A program made the position numbers and the translations under genes. A stretch of 64,000 nucleotides of DNA from an uncultured delta proteobacterium (GTDB lineage: Bacteria; Desulfobacterota; Syntrophia; Syntrophales; Fen-1087), in contig CAVPWE010000001.1 of assembly GCA_963709485.1 (NCBI GenBank), positions 11,810 to 75,809 of the forward strand, in the 5' to 3' direction. The stretch's first letter is position 1. Each line of letters opens with the position of its first letter. Shown one piece after another: positions 49,306 through 58,410 of the stretch. The notes beneath the pieces were generated by a model, which saw only the letters and a program-made list of their open reading frames with translations, did no database searches and was not told the DNA's origin.

Positions 49306-50313
49306 ATGGGCATCAAGGTGGCAATCAACGGATTCGGCAGGGTGGGCAGGTATCTGGTCCGCGCTTGCGTCGGATATGACGACATCGACATCGTGGCCAT
49401 CAATTCAAGGGCGAAAACAGAGATCCTGGCGCATCTTCTCAAGTATGATTCCGTCCACGGGAAGATGGACGCCGAAATCGCCTGCGATGACCGTCACCTG
49501 ATCGTCAACGGCAAAAAAATTCAGGTGACGAACGTCACCCAGGACCTGGCCGATCTTCCCTGGGGGAAGCTGGGGATCGACATCGTTCTCGAATCGACCG
49601 GAAAATTCAGGAAGAAGGACGAGCTTTCCGCGCACATCAAGGCGGGCGCCAGGAAGGTGATCCTGGCGGTCCCCGGCAAGGGCGTGGACGGGACGTTCGT
49701 CATGGGGGTCAACGAGAGCTCCTACGACCCGAAGAAGCATCACATCGTCTCCAACGCCTCCTGCACCACCAACTGCCTGGCGCCGGTGGCCAAGGTCCTG
49801 CACGAGAACTTCAAGATCGTCCGGGGGCTGATGACGACGGTCCACGCCTACACGATGGATCAGCGGCTTCTGGACGGTTCCCACAAGGACCTGAGAAGGG
49901 CCAGGGCGGCCGCGCTTTCCATCGTCCCCACGTCAACCGGCGCAGCGACGGCCGTCGGGGAGGTCATTCCGGAACTCAAGGGGAAACTGAACGGCGTGGC
50001 CCTGCGGGTGCCGACCGCGAATGTCTCCCTGGTGGACCTGGCGGTCGAGGTCGGGCGGCCCGTCACCGTCGCCGACGTGAACGGAGCGCTGAAGGCGGCA
50101 TCCGAAGGCAATCTGAAGGGCATCATGGCCTTCTGCGAGGAGGAGCTCGTCTCCGTGGATTTCACGAGCAGCCCCTACTCCTCCATTGTCGACGCCCCGC
50201 TGACCAGCGTCATGGACGGCACCTTCGTGAAGGTTTTCTCCTGGTACGACAACGAGAGCGGCTACGCCTGCAGGATGCGGGACCTGGCGCTCTATATCGG
50301 GAAGAAATTGTAG
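49306..50313 (+). CDS. gap: Glyceraldehyde-3-phosphate dehydrogenase
   Basis: INGFGRVGR and the active site SNASCTTNCLAP. Confidence 0.97.
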   Translation: MGIKVAINGFGRVGRYLVRACVGYDDIDIVAINSRAKTEILAHLLKYDSVHGKMDAEIACDDRHLIVNGKKIQVTNVTQDLADLPWGKLGIDIVLESTGKFRKKDELSAHIKAGARKVILAVPGKGVDGTFVMGVNESSYDPKKHHIVSNASCTTNCLAPVAKVLHENFKIVRGLMTTVHAYTMDQRLLDGSHKDLRRARAAALSIVPTSTGAATAVGEVIPELKGKLNGVALRVPTANVSLVDLAVEVGRPVTVADVNGALKAASEGNLKGIMAFCEEELVSVDFTSSPYSSIVDAPLTSVMDGTFVKVFSWYDNESGYACRMRDLALYIGKKL

Positions 50314-50325
50314 GAAGCGCGGCGC

Positions 50326-51084
50326 ATGATCAGACCGCTGATTGCCGGCAACTGGAAGATGTTCAAGACCGTCCGGGAATCCCTTGATTTCGTGGGGCGG
50401 CTGAAGGAGGCCCTCCGCGACGTCCGGGAGCGGGATGTGGTCATCGCACCCCCGTTCACGTCGCTGTACCCGGTGGGCGAGGCGCTGAAGGGGTCGAACA
50501 TCCGGCTGGCGGCGCAGAACCTGTCCGACCGGCCGGAGGGGGCCTGTACGGGGGAGATCTCGGCCCGCATGCTGGTCGACTGCGGCTGCACCCATGTGAT
50601 CGTCGGCCATTCGGAGCGCCGGACGCTCTTCGGCGAACAGGACGCGGCCGTCGCCGCCAAGCTCAAGGCGGCCGTCCGCTCCGGCCTCACGGCCATCTTC
50701 TGCATCGGGGAGACCCTGGCGGAGCGTGAAGGGGGCCGGACCTTTGCGGTCATCGAAAGGCAGATAAAAGAAGGATTGAATCAACTGAGCGCTGATGATA
50801 TAAAGTATCTGTTGATCGCCTACGAGCCGGTATGGGCGATCGGCACCGGCAGGACGGCAACACCGGAGCAGGCGCAGGAAGCGCATGCATTCATCCGGAG
50901 GGTTGTGGCGGGCTGCTGTGCGGGGGCGCCGGCCGACGGCCTTCCCATCCTCTACGGGGGGAGCGTCAACGCGGACAACATCGGCAGGCTCATGGCCCAG
51001 CGGGACATCAACGGCGCCCTGGTGGGAGGCGCCAGCCTGGACGCGGATTCATTTGCCGGAATCGTCAAATATCGAGCATCATAA
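50326..51084 (+). CDS. tpiA: Triosephosphate isomerase
   Basis: AGNWKM, GHSERR, AYEPVWAIGTG and YGGSV. Confidence 0.97.
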   Translation: MIRPLIAGNWKMFKTVRESLDFVGRLKEALRDVRERDVVIAPPFTSLYPVGEALKGSNIRLAAQNLSDRPEGACTGEISARMLVDCGCTHVIVGHSERRTLFGEQDAAVAAKLKAAVRSGLTAIFCIGETLAEREGGRTFAVIERQIKEGLNQLSADDIKYLLIAYEPVWAIGTGRTATPEQAQEAHAFIRRVVAGCCAGAPADGLPILYGGSVNADNIGRLMAQRDINGALVGGASLDADSFAGIVKYRAS

Positions 51085-51099
51085 GAAGGGGTATTCAAC

Positions 51100-51468
51100 G
51101 TGCAAATTATTTTAACGATCGTTCATATCATTGCCTGCATCGTCCTGATCCTCGTCATCCTGCTTCAGGCGGGGAAGGGCGCAAGCATGGGGGCCGCCTT
51201 TGGCGGTTCGAGCCAGACGGTTTTCGGAAGCAGCGGCCCGGCCAGCTTTCTCGGGAAGCTCACGACGGGGATCGCCGTCCTCTTCATGATCACTTCGCTC
51301 GGCCTCTCCTATTCGGCCGTGCACAAGGGGAAGACGGTCATGGAAGCCGCTCCCAGGCCCGCTGCGGAAACGAAAGCTCCCCTGCCGCAACCGCAGACAG
51401 TCCCGGCCCAGCCGGGGGCGCCGGCGGCAGGACAGGCGCAGCAGCCCGCGCCCGCGCCGGCAAAGTAA
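51100..51468 (+). CDS. secG: Preprotein translocase subunit SecG
   Basis: LLQAGKGASMGAAFGG motif and two TM helices, in the conserved tpiA-secG-tRNA-Leu order. GTG start. Confidence 0.85.
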   Translation: MQIILTIVHIIACIVLILVILLQAGKGASMGAAFGGSSQTVFGSSGPASFLGKLTTGIAVLFMITSLGLSYSAVHKGKTVMEAAPRPAAETKAPLPQPQTVPAQPGAPAAGQAQQPAPAPAK

Positions 51469-51498
51469 CATTTGCCTTGGTGATGCGCCGGTTTCGTG

Positions 51499-51527
51499 TT
51501 GACAAATCCTCCGGCAGGATGTTAGAT
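51499..51527 (+). promoter_or_regulatory. Candidate sigma-70 promoter for tRNA-Leu
   Basis: TTGACA (51499-51504), a 17-nt spacer, then TTAGAT (51522-51527). Confidence 0.45.
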
Positions 51528-51571
51528 GAAAGCCGTCTCCGAATCTTTTTAGTTCGGACGGCTGCAACGAT

Positions 51572-51658
51572 GCCGAAGTGGTGGAATCTGGTAGACACGC
51601 TATCTTGAGGGGGTAGTGAGCACCGCTCGTCCGGGTTCAAGTCCCGGCTTCGGCACCA
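51572..51658 (+). tRNA. tRNA-Leu (anticodon GAG)
   Basis: GCCGAAGTGGTGGAATCTGGTAGACAC..CTTGAGG..long variable arm..GGTTCAAGTCCCGGCTTCGGCACCA. This is a class II tRNA with a TTGAGGG anticodon loop. Confidence 0.95.
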
Positions 51659-51827
51659 TTAACAAAAACAGGGGGTTGGCTCAGTTGCTGGGTTAACCCT
51701 CTTTTCCTTTGCGGCGTGCCCGGTCAGGTTTTTGGGCAACACTTTCTGAACAGATTCAGCAGATCATGCCCGGACAAGAAACCAGCATCAGCAATTCACA
51801 CCCCGCCGCGGGACGGATCAGGACGAC

Positions 51828-52775
51828 GTGCGGAGTTTCCTCTTCGGCGGGGCGGAGATTCGCCGGAGTGAGCAGGGCGTTCGGGCCGTCCTTCACATGG
51901 ACCTGCACACCGAGGGCTGGGTCGGGATCCCCCACGGCGGGATCGGCATGGGGGCCGTCATGGACCTTGCCGCGATGCTCGACGGCTATCCGCGGGAGGA
52001 AGCGTCCCTCTACCCGCTGTCCGCCGAGTTCCGCCTGGGCGGCGCGAGCGTGCGGATCGGCGAGAGCGTCCTGGTGCGCGTTTTCCCGGAGGACGGCGGC
52101 GCCGGCGGGATCATCAGCGCGGAAGCGGATGGGCCGCCCTACATGACAGCATCCCTTGCGTTTGGAAAAGACGAACCCGGGAGGCGGGAACTTTTCGGGT
52201 CGTACATGCCCGGCCGTCTTGCCGATGTCTCCGGCGGCCTGGTCGATATGCCCTCCTACCGGAACTGCTTCGTCTGCGGCGTCGCGCGCCGCCACCCCGG
52301 CCTGAGACGGCGCTTTCAACTGCAAGACAGCGGGCGGGCGGGGAAGATCGTCATCGCCCGGGCCGGCTTCGATCCCGAAGACCGGAAAAGCTTTTATCTA
52401 TTTCGCAGAGACGGGCTTGTCCACCCGGTCGCTTTGATCGCTCTGCTGGACGAGGTCGTCGGGTGGGGCGGCTTTCTCATTGCCGGCAGCGGCGGCGTGA
52501 CCGTCCGCATCGGCTACACCTTTTACCGCCCGGTCGCGGTCGGGGAGAAGATTGTCGCCTTCGGGCGGGGAGAGAAGGTGAGGGGCCGCGGGTCGCGCCT
52601 GCTGTTCTGGGCCTCCGGAGGGGCCGCGGCCGTGAAAGACGATGGGGGCCTGGAGCCGGTCGTTGCCGTGTCGGCGCAGTATTACGGCGTGCCGGAGCTG
52701 ACGGAGCAGATGAAGGCCCATCTCATCCCGGAAGATCTGACCGCACGGTTCTTCGCGCTGGCGGGGTTTGACTGA
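51828..52775 (+). CDS. Double hotdog-fold (PaaI-like) thioesterase-family protein
   Basis: Two hotdog halves: GIPHGGIGMGAVMD, then NCFVCG...HPVALIALLDEVVGW. Confidence 0.5.
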   Translation: MRSFLFGGAEIRRSEQGVRAVLHMDLHTEGWVGIPHGGIGMGAVMDLAAMLDGYPREEASLYPLSAEFRLGGASVRIGESVLVRVFPEDGGAGGIISAEADGPPYMTASLAFGKDEPGRRELFGSYMPGRLADVSGGLVDMPSYRNCFVCGVARRHPGLRRRFQLQDSGRAGKIVIARAGFDPEDRKSFYLFRRDGLVHPVALIALLDEVVGWGGFLIAGSGGVTVRIGYTFYRPVAVGEKIVAFGRGEKVRGRGSRLLFWASGGAAAVKDDGGLEPVVAVSAQYYGVPELTEQMKAHLIPEDLTARFFALAGFD

Positions 52776-52802
52776 TTTTCATTCAATGCAGGGAGGTTGA
52801 CC

Positions 52803-54300
52803 ATGAATGGTTATGAAGCGGTCGTCATCGGGGCGGGGAACGCCGGCATGACCGCCGCGGCGACGCTGGCCAAGAGCGGGGTGCGGACGCTGCTCCTGGA
52901 GCGGCACAACATCCCCGGCGGCTGCGCCACGAGCTTCTGCCGCGGGCGCTTCGAGTTCGAGGTGGCCCTCCACCAGTTGAGCGGCCTGGGCAGCGCGGCC
53001 GCGCCGGGGCCGCTCCGCTCGACCCTCTACGGCCTCGACGTCCTGGACAGGGTCGAATTCGTGGAGATGAAAAACCTCTACCGTGTCGCCGTCCCGGGAC
53101 AGCTCGACATCACCCTGCCCGCGAACCGCGAGGGCGTCGTCCGGGCGCTTCAGGAGCGCTTCCCCGAAGAGGGGGAGGCCATTGAGGCCTTCTTCGACCT
53201 CGTCTACGACTACTTCAACCAGTTCATCGCCATCTTCTTCCTTCGGGACCCCGAGGTCACCCGCGAGAAATACCCCCTGTACTTCGAGTACGCCCTGAAG
53301 CCCGCGCAGGAGGTCCTCGACCGCCATTTCCGCGACCCCCTGCTCAAACTGGCGCTCGGCGCTTACTGGTGCTACATCGGCGTGCCGCCCCGCCTTCTGC
53401 CCTTCGGCGACCTGGCCGCCCTCCTGTTACGCCTACATCGAGTTCAAGCCGTACCACATTCGGGGCGGCTCCCAGGCCCTCTCCAACGCCCTCGTCGACG
53501 CCTTCATCCGGAGCGGGGGCGAGGTCCGCTTCAACTGCCCCGTCGCGAAGATTTCCGTCGCGGACGGCCGCGTCGCCGGCGTCGTCACCGCGGCGGGCGA
53601 GGCGATTTCCGCGAAGTGTGTCATCTCCAACGCCTCCACCCTGACGACGTTCACGGAGCTGATCGACCGGAAGGACTGCCCGCCGGGGCCGCTGGAAACC
53701 ATGAGCGGCATGACGGTGGGGCCGTCGGTGGTTTGCCTCTACGTCGGGCTCGACTGCCCGCCGGAGGCCGTCGGCATTCATGAGGAGACGAACTTCCTCT
53801 GCGCCCACACGGACATGGAGCGCGCCTTTGCCGGGTACCGGTCCATCGAGGAGCCGCCGGGCATGGTGCTGCTCACCTGCTTCAACATCTCCGACCCCGA
53901 CGCCTCCCCGCCGGGGACTGCGCAGGTCGCCGTCGTAGACCTGAAATACGCCGACCCCTGGCTCGCCGTACCGCCGGAGCGCTACGCGGCGGAGAAGTAC
54001 CGCTACGCCGAGGGGCTGCTCGCCCTGGCCGAGGCGCACTGCCCCGGCTTCCGGTCGCACATCGAGGAGATCGAGGTCTCCACGCCGCTGACCCACCTGC
54101 GCTACCTGAATCACCCGGGCGGGGCGATCTACGGGTTCGACCAGTACGCCCGGGACAGCCGGCTCTTCCAGCCCCTGAAGCCCGGCATCCCCGGTCTGTA
54201 CTGCACCGGGGCGTGGGCGGGCGAGGGCGGGTTCCAGCCGACGCTGATGGCCGGGGCCGCGACGGCCCGCGCGGCCGTCAAGTACATTCGGGGAAAGTGA
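52803..54300 (+). CDS. CrtI/phytoene-desaturase-family FAD-dependent oxidoreductase with an apparent +1 frameshift at ~53427
   Basis: Dinucleotide fold AVVIGAGNAGMTAA...LLERHNIPGG in frame 3. After DLAALL, the sequence YAYIEFKPYHIRGGSQALSNAL...GKCVISNAS... and listed ORF 53701..54300 continue in frame 1. Confidence 0.7.
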
Positions 54301-54309
54301 GGTGAGGGC

Positions 54310-55470
54310 ATGAGCGCAAAGGACTTCATTCGGGACATCGACGGTTACGAGGCGCTTCAGCGGGAGATCGCCGCCAGCCGGAAGTACGCGGCGGACCAGA
54401 CCGCGGAAAAGGGGAAGTGGGCGCGGATTCTGGATCTGCTCCACCCCGACCGGCTTTCGCTCCGGGTGAGCGAGATCATCGACGAGACGCCGACGGCAAA
54501 GACGCTGCGCCTCGTTTCCGCGACGGGATACCTGCCCCCCTTCCAGGCCGGGCAGTACATCAGCCTCTTCGTGGAGGCGGGCGGCGTCCGGACGAGCCGG
54601 CCCTACAGCATCTCCTCGTCGCCCCGCCAGCGGGCCTGCTACGACATCACCATCCGACGGGTGGAGGGTGGCTTCGTCTCCGATGTCCTGCTCACCGAAG
54701 CGAGGGTGGGCGCCGTGCTGGAGAGCACCGCCCCGGCCGGGAATTTCTATTTCAACCCCCTTTTCCACAGCCCCCACATGGTCTGCCTCGCCGGAGGGAG
54801 CGGCGTCACCCCCTTCATGAGCATGATCCGAGAGATCGCCGAGGCGGGCCTCGACCGGCGCCTGACGCTCCTCTACGGGAGCCGGAGCGAGGATGACATC
54901 ATTTTCGCGGAGGAACTCGAGGGGATCGCGGCGCGGCACGAAAACATCCGCTTCGTTCCGGTCATCTCCGAGCCGGGGACGGGGTGCCGACACCGGACCG
55001 GATTCCTCACCGCCGCCCTGATCCGGGAGGTCCTGGGCGACACGGACGGCCGGACCTTCTACCTCTGCGGCCCCGCCGAGATGTACGCCTTCTGCCTGCC
55101 GGAGCTGGAGAAGCTGGGCATCCCCCGCAGGCGGGTGAGGCGGGAGATGTACGGCCCGCCGCGAGATGTCACGGCGGACCCGGCCTGGCCCGCGGACGTG
55201 GCGGCCGGAAAGGTGTTCGAGGTCGCGATCCGGGGGAGGAAAAAGATCCCCGCCCGGGCCGGCGAGCCGCTGCTGGTCGCCCTCGAGCGCGCCGGCATCG
55301 CCGTCCCGGCCCAGTGCCGGTCCGGGGAGTGCAGCCTCTGCCGGGTGAAGCTCCTGGGCGGAAAGGTCTTCCAGCCCCAAGGCGTGCTGCTGCGCAAGTC
55401 GGACCGGGAATTCGGCTACATCCACTCGTGCATGGCCTGGCCCGTCTCGGACCTGGAGATCATGGTTTGA
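54310..55470 (+). CDS. FNR-like FAD/NAD(P)-binding oxidoreductase with a C-terminal plant-type 2Fe-2S ferredoxin domain
   Basis: RPYSISS (FAD), GGSGVTPFMSM (NAD) and C-terminal CRSGECSLCRV. Confidence 0.75.
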   Translation: MSAKDFIRDIDGYEALQREIAASRKYAADQTAEKGKWARILDLLHPDRLSLRVSEIIDETPTAKTLRLVSATGYLPPFQAGQYISLFVEAGGVRTSRPYSISSSPRQRACYDITIRRVEGGFVSDVLLTEARVGAVLESTAPAGNFYFNPLFHSPHMVCLAGGSGVTPFMSMIREIAEAGLDRRLTLLYGSRSEDDIIFAEELEGIAARHENIRFVPVISEPGTGCRHRTGFLTAALIREVLGDTDGRTFYLCGPAEMYAFCLPELEKLGIPRRRVRREMYGPPRDVTADPAWPADVAAGKVFEVAIRGRKKIPARAGEPLLVALERAGIAVPAQCRSGECSLCRVKLLGGKVFQPQGVLLRKSDREFGYIHSCMAWPVSDLEIMV

Positions 55471-55716
55471 GCGGCGTCCGCCGGGGCGGCATGCAACGGA
55501 ACGCGCACGTCAAACACCATATCTTGTGGTCAGCCTTATAAGCGCCCACCACATATCCTGTGCAGCCCCTCTTCACGGCTGAACAGCAGTCACGCCGCGA
55601 CGGCGGAGACCCTTTCGCCGCAGGGATGATTTCGAGAATGCGGCACCCATCCCACACCCTGCCGAAAATGTAATATCACCATAATTATCAGTTACTTGCA
55701 CGCTCTGAATCCGAAG

Positions 55717-55733
55717 TGTAAGAAATTCCGACA
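55717..55733 (-). promoter_or_regulatory. TGT-N11-ACA enhancer-like element (copy 3, inverted)
   Basis: The reverse complement reads TGTCGGAATTTCTTACA, two mismatches to the consensus. Confidence 0.5.
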
Positions 55734-55830
55734 CGGCGGCGGCGCGATTATGCATCCCGAGGGAGTGTAAAAAAGCTGAATGATGAAAAATAACTATAAG
55801 TTGCAATGATAATACCCCTAAAAAGAAAAG

Positions 55831-55847
55831 TGTAAAGAAATCCGACA
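55831..55847 (-). promoter_or_regulatory. TGT-N11-ACA enhancer-like element (copy 4, inverted)
   Basis: The reverse complement reads TGTCGGATTTCTTTACA, matching the consensus. Confidence 0.55.
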
Positions 55848-56121
55848 AGGGAACGCCATAATCTCCGGATCTGGTCATGCCGGTCCGGGAGTCCCGGCCA
55901 ATTTTCTTGCCCGCAGTCCCGGTTGCATCACCGGGGTCATCCCGTCGCGAGGAATGCCGATCTCATGCGATATCTGCATATGTCGTATCAATGCAATGGT
56001 TTAACCAATCAATCCAAGAAGATTGTGCGGGTGCCTTTTCCGATCGAAGATCGTTGCCCGGGAGTTTGTCGATGTGAGACGTCAAGGGGGGGCCGGGGAT
56101 GCTCCTGTTTGGATATTCATG

Positions 56122-56138
56122 TGTCGGAATACTTTACA
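56122..56138 (+). promoter_or_regulatory. TGT-N11-ACA enhancer-like element (copy 5)
   Basis: TGTCGGAATACTTTACA, one mismatch. The element ends 129 nt before the -24/-12 element at 56268. Confidence 0.6.
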
Positions 56139-56267
56139 ATATGAAACTGCGGGCATAGAGCGAATACAGCGCGCTTTATAGTGTAAGAAAATCAAAATAA
56201 AAATCTGCGAATAAATCCAAATATATATCATCATCGCGGGGGCGTCCCGCAACCGGCGGATTAATTA

Positions 56268-56283
56268 TGGCACGGTGTTTGTA
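56268..56283 (+). promoter_or_regulatory. Sigma-54 (-24/-12)-like promoter
   Basis: TGGCAC-GGTGT-TTGTA. The -24 element is perfect, but the -12 element reads TTGT instead of TTGC. Confidence 0.5.
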
Positions 56284-56347
56284 TGTAATCACCACAAAAG
56301 GGACTGCGAATCTTTTTAAAAAAAATATAAATTAAGGAGGTAAGAGT

Positions 56348-57100
56348 ATGAGAAAATTTTTAGTGGTCTTGACTGTAGCGATGTTTGTCGCAATGACAGG
56401 TGTAGTGCAGGCAAACACTTTCGTCAACGGGGGCTTTGAAAATGGTGATTTTAACGGTTGGAGCCAGGGTGGAGGTTTTTGGTACGGAGGCGGCGCACCG
56501 GTAAATCCTACCGTTTACCTTGGGGGTCAACCCAATAACTACATTATGAGCGCCGGTGCATTCGATCCTTATACGGGGGCTCAGGTTGTGTACAATGGCC
56601 TATACTCTGCGCGGGCAAATGACAATAACAACAACTACTCCGTATCCACTATCTATCAGTCAGTCACAAACTATACGGACAATAACATATATTTCGCATG
56701 GAACGCAGTTCTGGAGGCATCACATGGCTTGTATGACTCCGACTACTTCTCTCTGACACTGCATGATGACACCACCGGCACTGACATTGTCAGCCGTGCA
56801 TACAGCTCTGCGGGCGCCATTGGCGCTGGTACACAGGGTGTAACATGGACAAATTATAGCGGTGTGTATAGCTCCGGCTGGGTGACTGAACAGGTGGACC
56901 TCGCTGCGTTGGGTGTGGTTGGGCATAATTTCACCCTGACTTTGCTGGCTTCCGATTGTCCTTATTCAGGCCACTGGGGCTACGTGTATCTGGATGGTTT
57001 TGGTGGAAAGCCCCCGGTTCAGACGACTCCTGAACCGGCAACGCTGATCCTTCTTGGCCTGGGCCTGGCCGGGATGGCGACGCTGAGGAAGAAATTCTAA
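56348..57100 (+). CDS. PEP-CTERM sorting-domain secreted protein
   Basis: AAGGAGG RBS and a signal peptide ending VQA. The C-terminus TPEPATLILLGLGLAGMATLRKKF is PEP plus a TM helix plus a basic tail. Confidence 0.85.
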   Translation: MRKFLVVLTVAMFVAMTGVVQANTFVNGGFENGDFNGWSQGGGFWYGGGAPVNPTVYLGGQPNNYIMSAGAFDPYTGAQVVYNGLYSARANDNNNNYSVSTIYQSVTNYTDNNIYFAWNAVLEASHGLYDSDYFSLTLHDDTTGTDIVSRAYSSAGAIGAGTQGVTWTNYSGVYSSGWVTEQVDLAALGVVGHNFTLTLLASDCPYSGHWGYVYLDGFGGKPPVQTTPEPATLILLGLGLAGMATLRKKF

Positions 57101-57140
57101 GAAGCGATTTCAGAGCGTAACAGATTAAAAGAAATGGAAT

Positions 57141-57177
57141 GCCCGCTTGCCGCAACGCAGGCGGGCTTTTTTTATTG
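57141..57177 (+). terminator. Rho-independent terminator
   Basis: GCCCGCTTGC (57141-57150) pairs with GCAGGCGGGC (57157-57166), followed by a T7 tract. Confidence 0.8.
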
Positions 57178-57261
57178 TGCAAAAGTCCCGTAAACCCGGA
57201 AGATGCAATCCGCTCTGATGTCCATGGATGAGAAAGCGGCTGGTCCTGATGCGGGTGAAAC

Positions 57262-57766
57262 CTATTCCTGAAGTTGAGCTGTTTGTGCACCCGTCAGCCG
57301 GAGGACGTTCCGGATGACGACGTTTTCGAAGTCGCCTGCACCCATGCCGAGATTCCTGACCTTCCACAGCTCATGGTAAGGGCTGCCGAAGGGGAAGTCG
57401 CTTCCAAAGAGAAGCCTGCTGCTGCCATACCGTTCCAGGAACTGAGACATTTCGTTACTTGACGCCAGCGCCGTGTCGACGTAAACGGTCCCGTCGGCCC
57501 AGACACTGGCGCGAAGCAGGGCCTGGAAGCCGCCATTCAGCATCCCGGGGTGGGGGATGATGACGGGAGTCCGCCCCCGTACCTGCCTGATAAAATAGAG
57601 CGTGTTCTCGTAAGGACTCCTCCAGCAGGATTGGCCCGCTGTCGGCAGGCGGCCCAAGCCGAGGTGTCCTCGAAATGGCAGTCGTACCAGTCGTAAATGT
57701 CCTCCACCGGCGCGTAGAGGCAGGCCCCCTGGCCCAACCCCACCCCCCTTCCTGAAGGTGGCCTTT
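57262..57766 (-). pseudogene. Decayed copy of the amidohydrolase gene at 60906..61679
   Basis: DNA and protein homology to 60941-61606. A ~200-bp internal deletion (junction near 57641) shifts the frame, and the first ~25 codons including the HxH metal site are missing. Confidence 0.8.
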
Positions 57767-58038
57767 AGAAGTAGGTGAGCAGGAAGGTCGTCCTGAGGGG
57801 GATCAGCAAAGTCGTCGCGACGCTGCGGGTCTTGGGCGGGCAGAGCCTCACGGTCGAGGCCCACACCCCCGCTCGAAAGACATCCGTCGGGAACGCGATC
57901 CCCTCCGCATCCTCAAAATAAAAAAGGGCTGAATCATTCACAGGCCGATCGTAGCTACTATATTCGGATTGTTGTCGTCCGCTGTGACAGATAGAATATT
58001 GAACAAAAACAAGAGAGAACAAGTTGTTATGATTGGAG

Positions 58039-58055
58039 TGTCGGAATTCTTTACA
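58039..58055 (+). promoter_or_regulatory. TGT-N11-ACA enhancer-like element (copy 6)
   Basis: TGTCGGAATTCTTTACA, exact consensus. Confidence 0.65.
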
Positions 58056-58151
58056 AAAGGGCGAATGAGTGTTATACATTGTATTATCAATATTTTATCC
58101 TCTGAAAAGGCTAAAATAGCCTCACAAATGGTATATTTCTGCCCGATTTAC

Positions 58152-58168
58152 TGTCGGAATTCTTTACA
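58152..58168 (+). promoter_or_regulatory. TGT-N11-ACA enhancer-like element (copy 7)
   Basis: TGTCGGAATTCTTTACA, exact consensus. The element ends 74 nt before the -24/-12 element at 58243. Confidence 0.65.
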
Positions 58169-58242
58169 AAAGTGAATGTGCCTAATTCTATGGTGTGCTG
58201 ATTCCGAAACGATTTCAAATAGATGAAAAATATAGTAAAAAA

Positions 58243-58258
58243 TGGCATGCAAACTGCT
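58243..58258 (+). promoter_or_regulatory. Sigma-54 (-24/-12) promoter
   Basis: TGGCAT-GCAAA-CTGCT with canonical GG-N10-GC spacing. Confidence 0.6.
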
Positions 58259-58410
58259 AATAATTCATCATACAAACTTGCATGACCGTCAGTTGCGAGG
58301 ATAACGTGTGTATTTTTGTTATTTCTGTGATACCTGATAGTCGGCATTTCATCATTGACGATTGAAGTGCCGGCTTATTGCAGGCTACAGTGCAGTTAGG
58401 AGGTACTATC

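Noticed and set aside
53344-55425. 693-aa minus-strand ORF, the longest non-annotated ORF in the window.
   Set aside because: It is antisense to the CrtI-like and FNR-like genes. It is extremely R/G/P/A-rich and has no motif I recognise.
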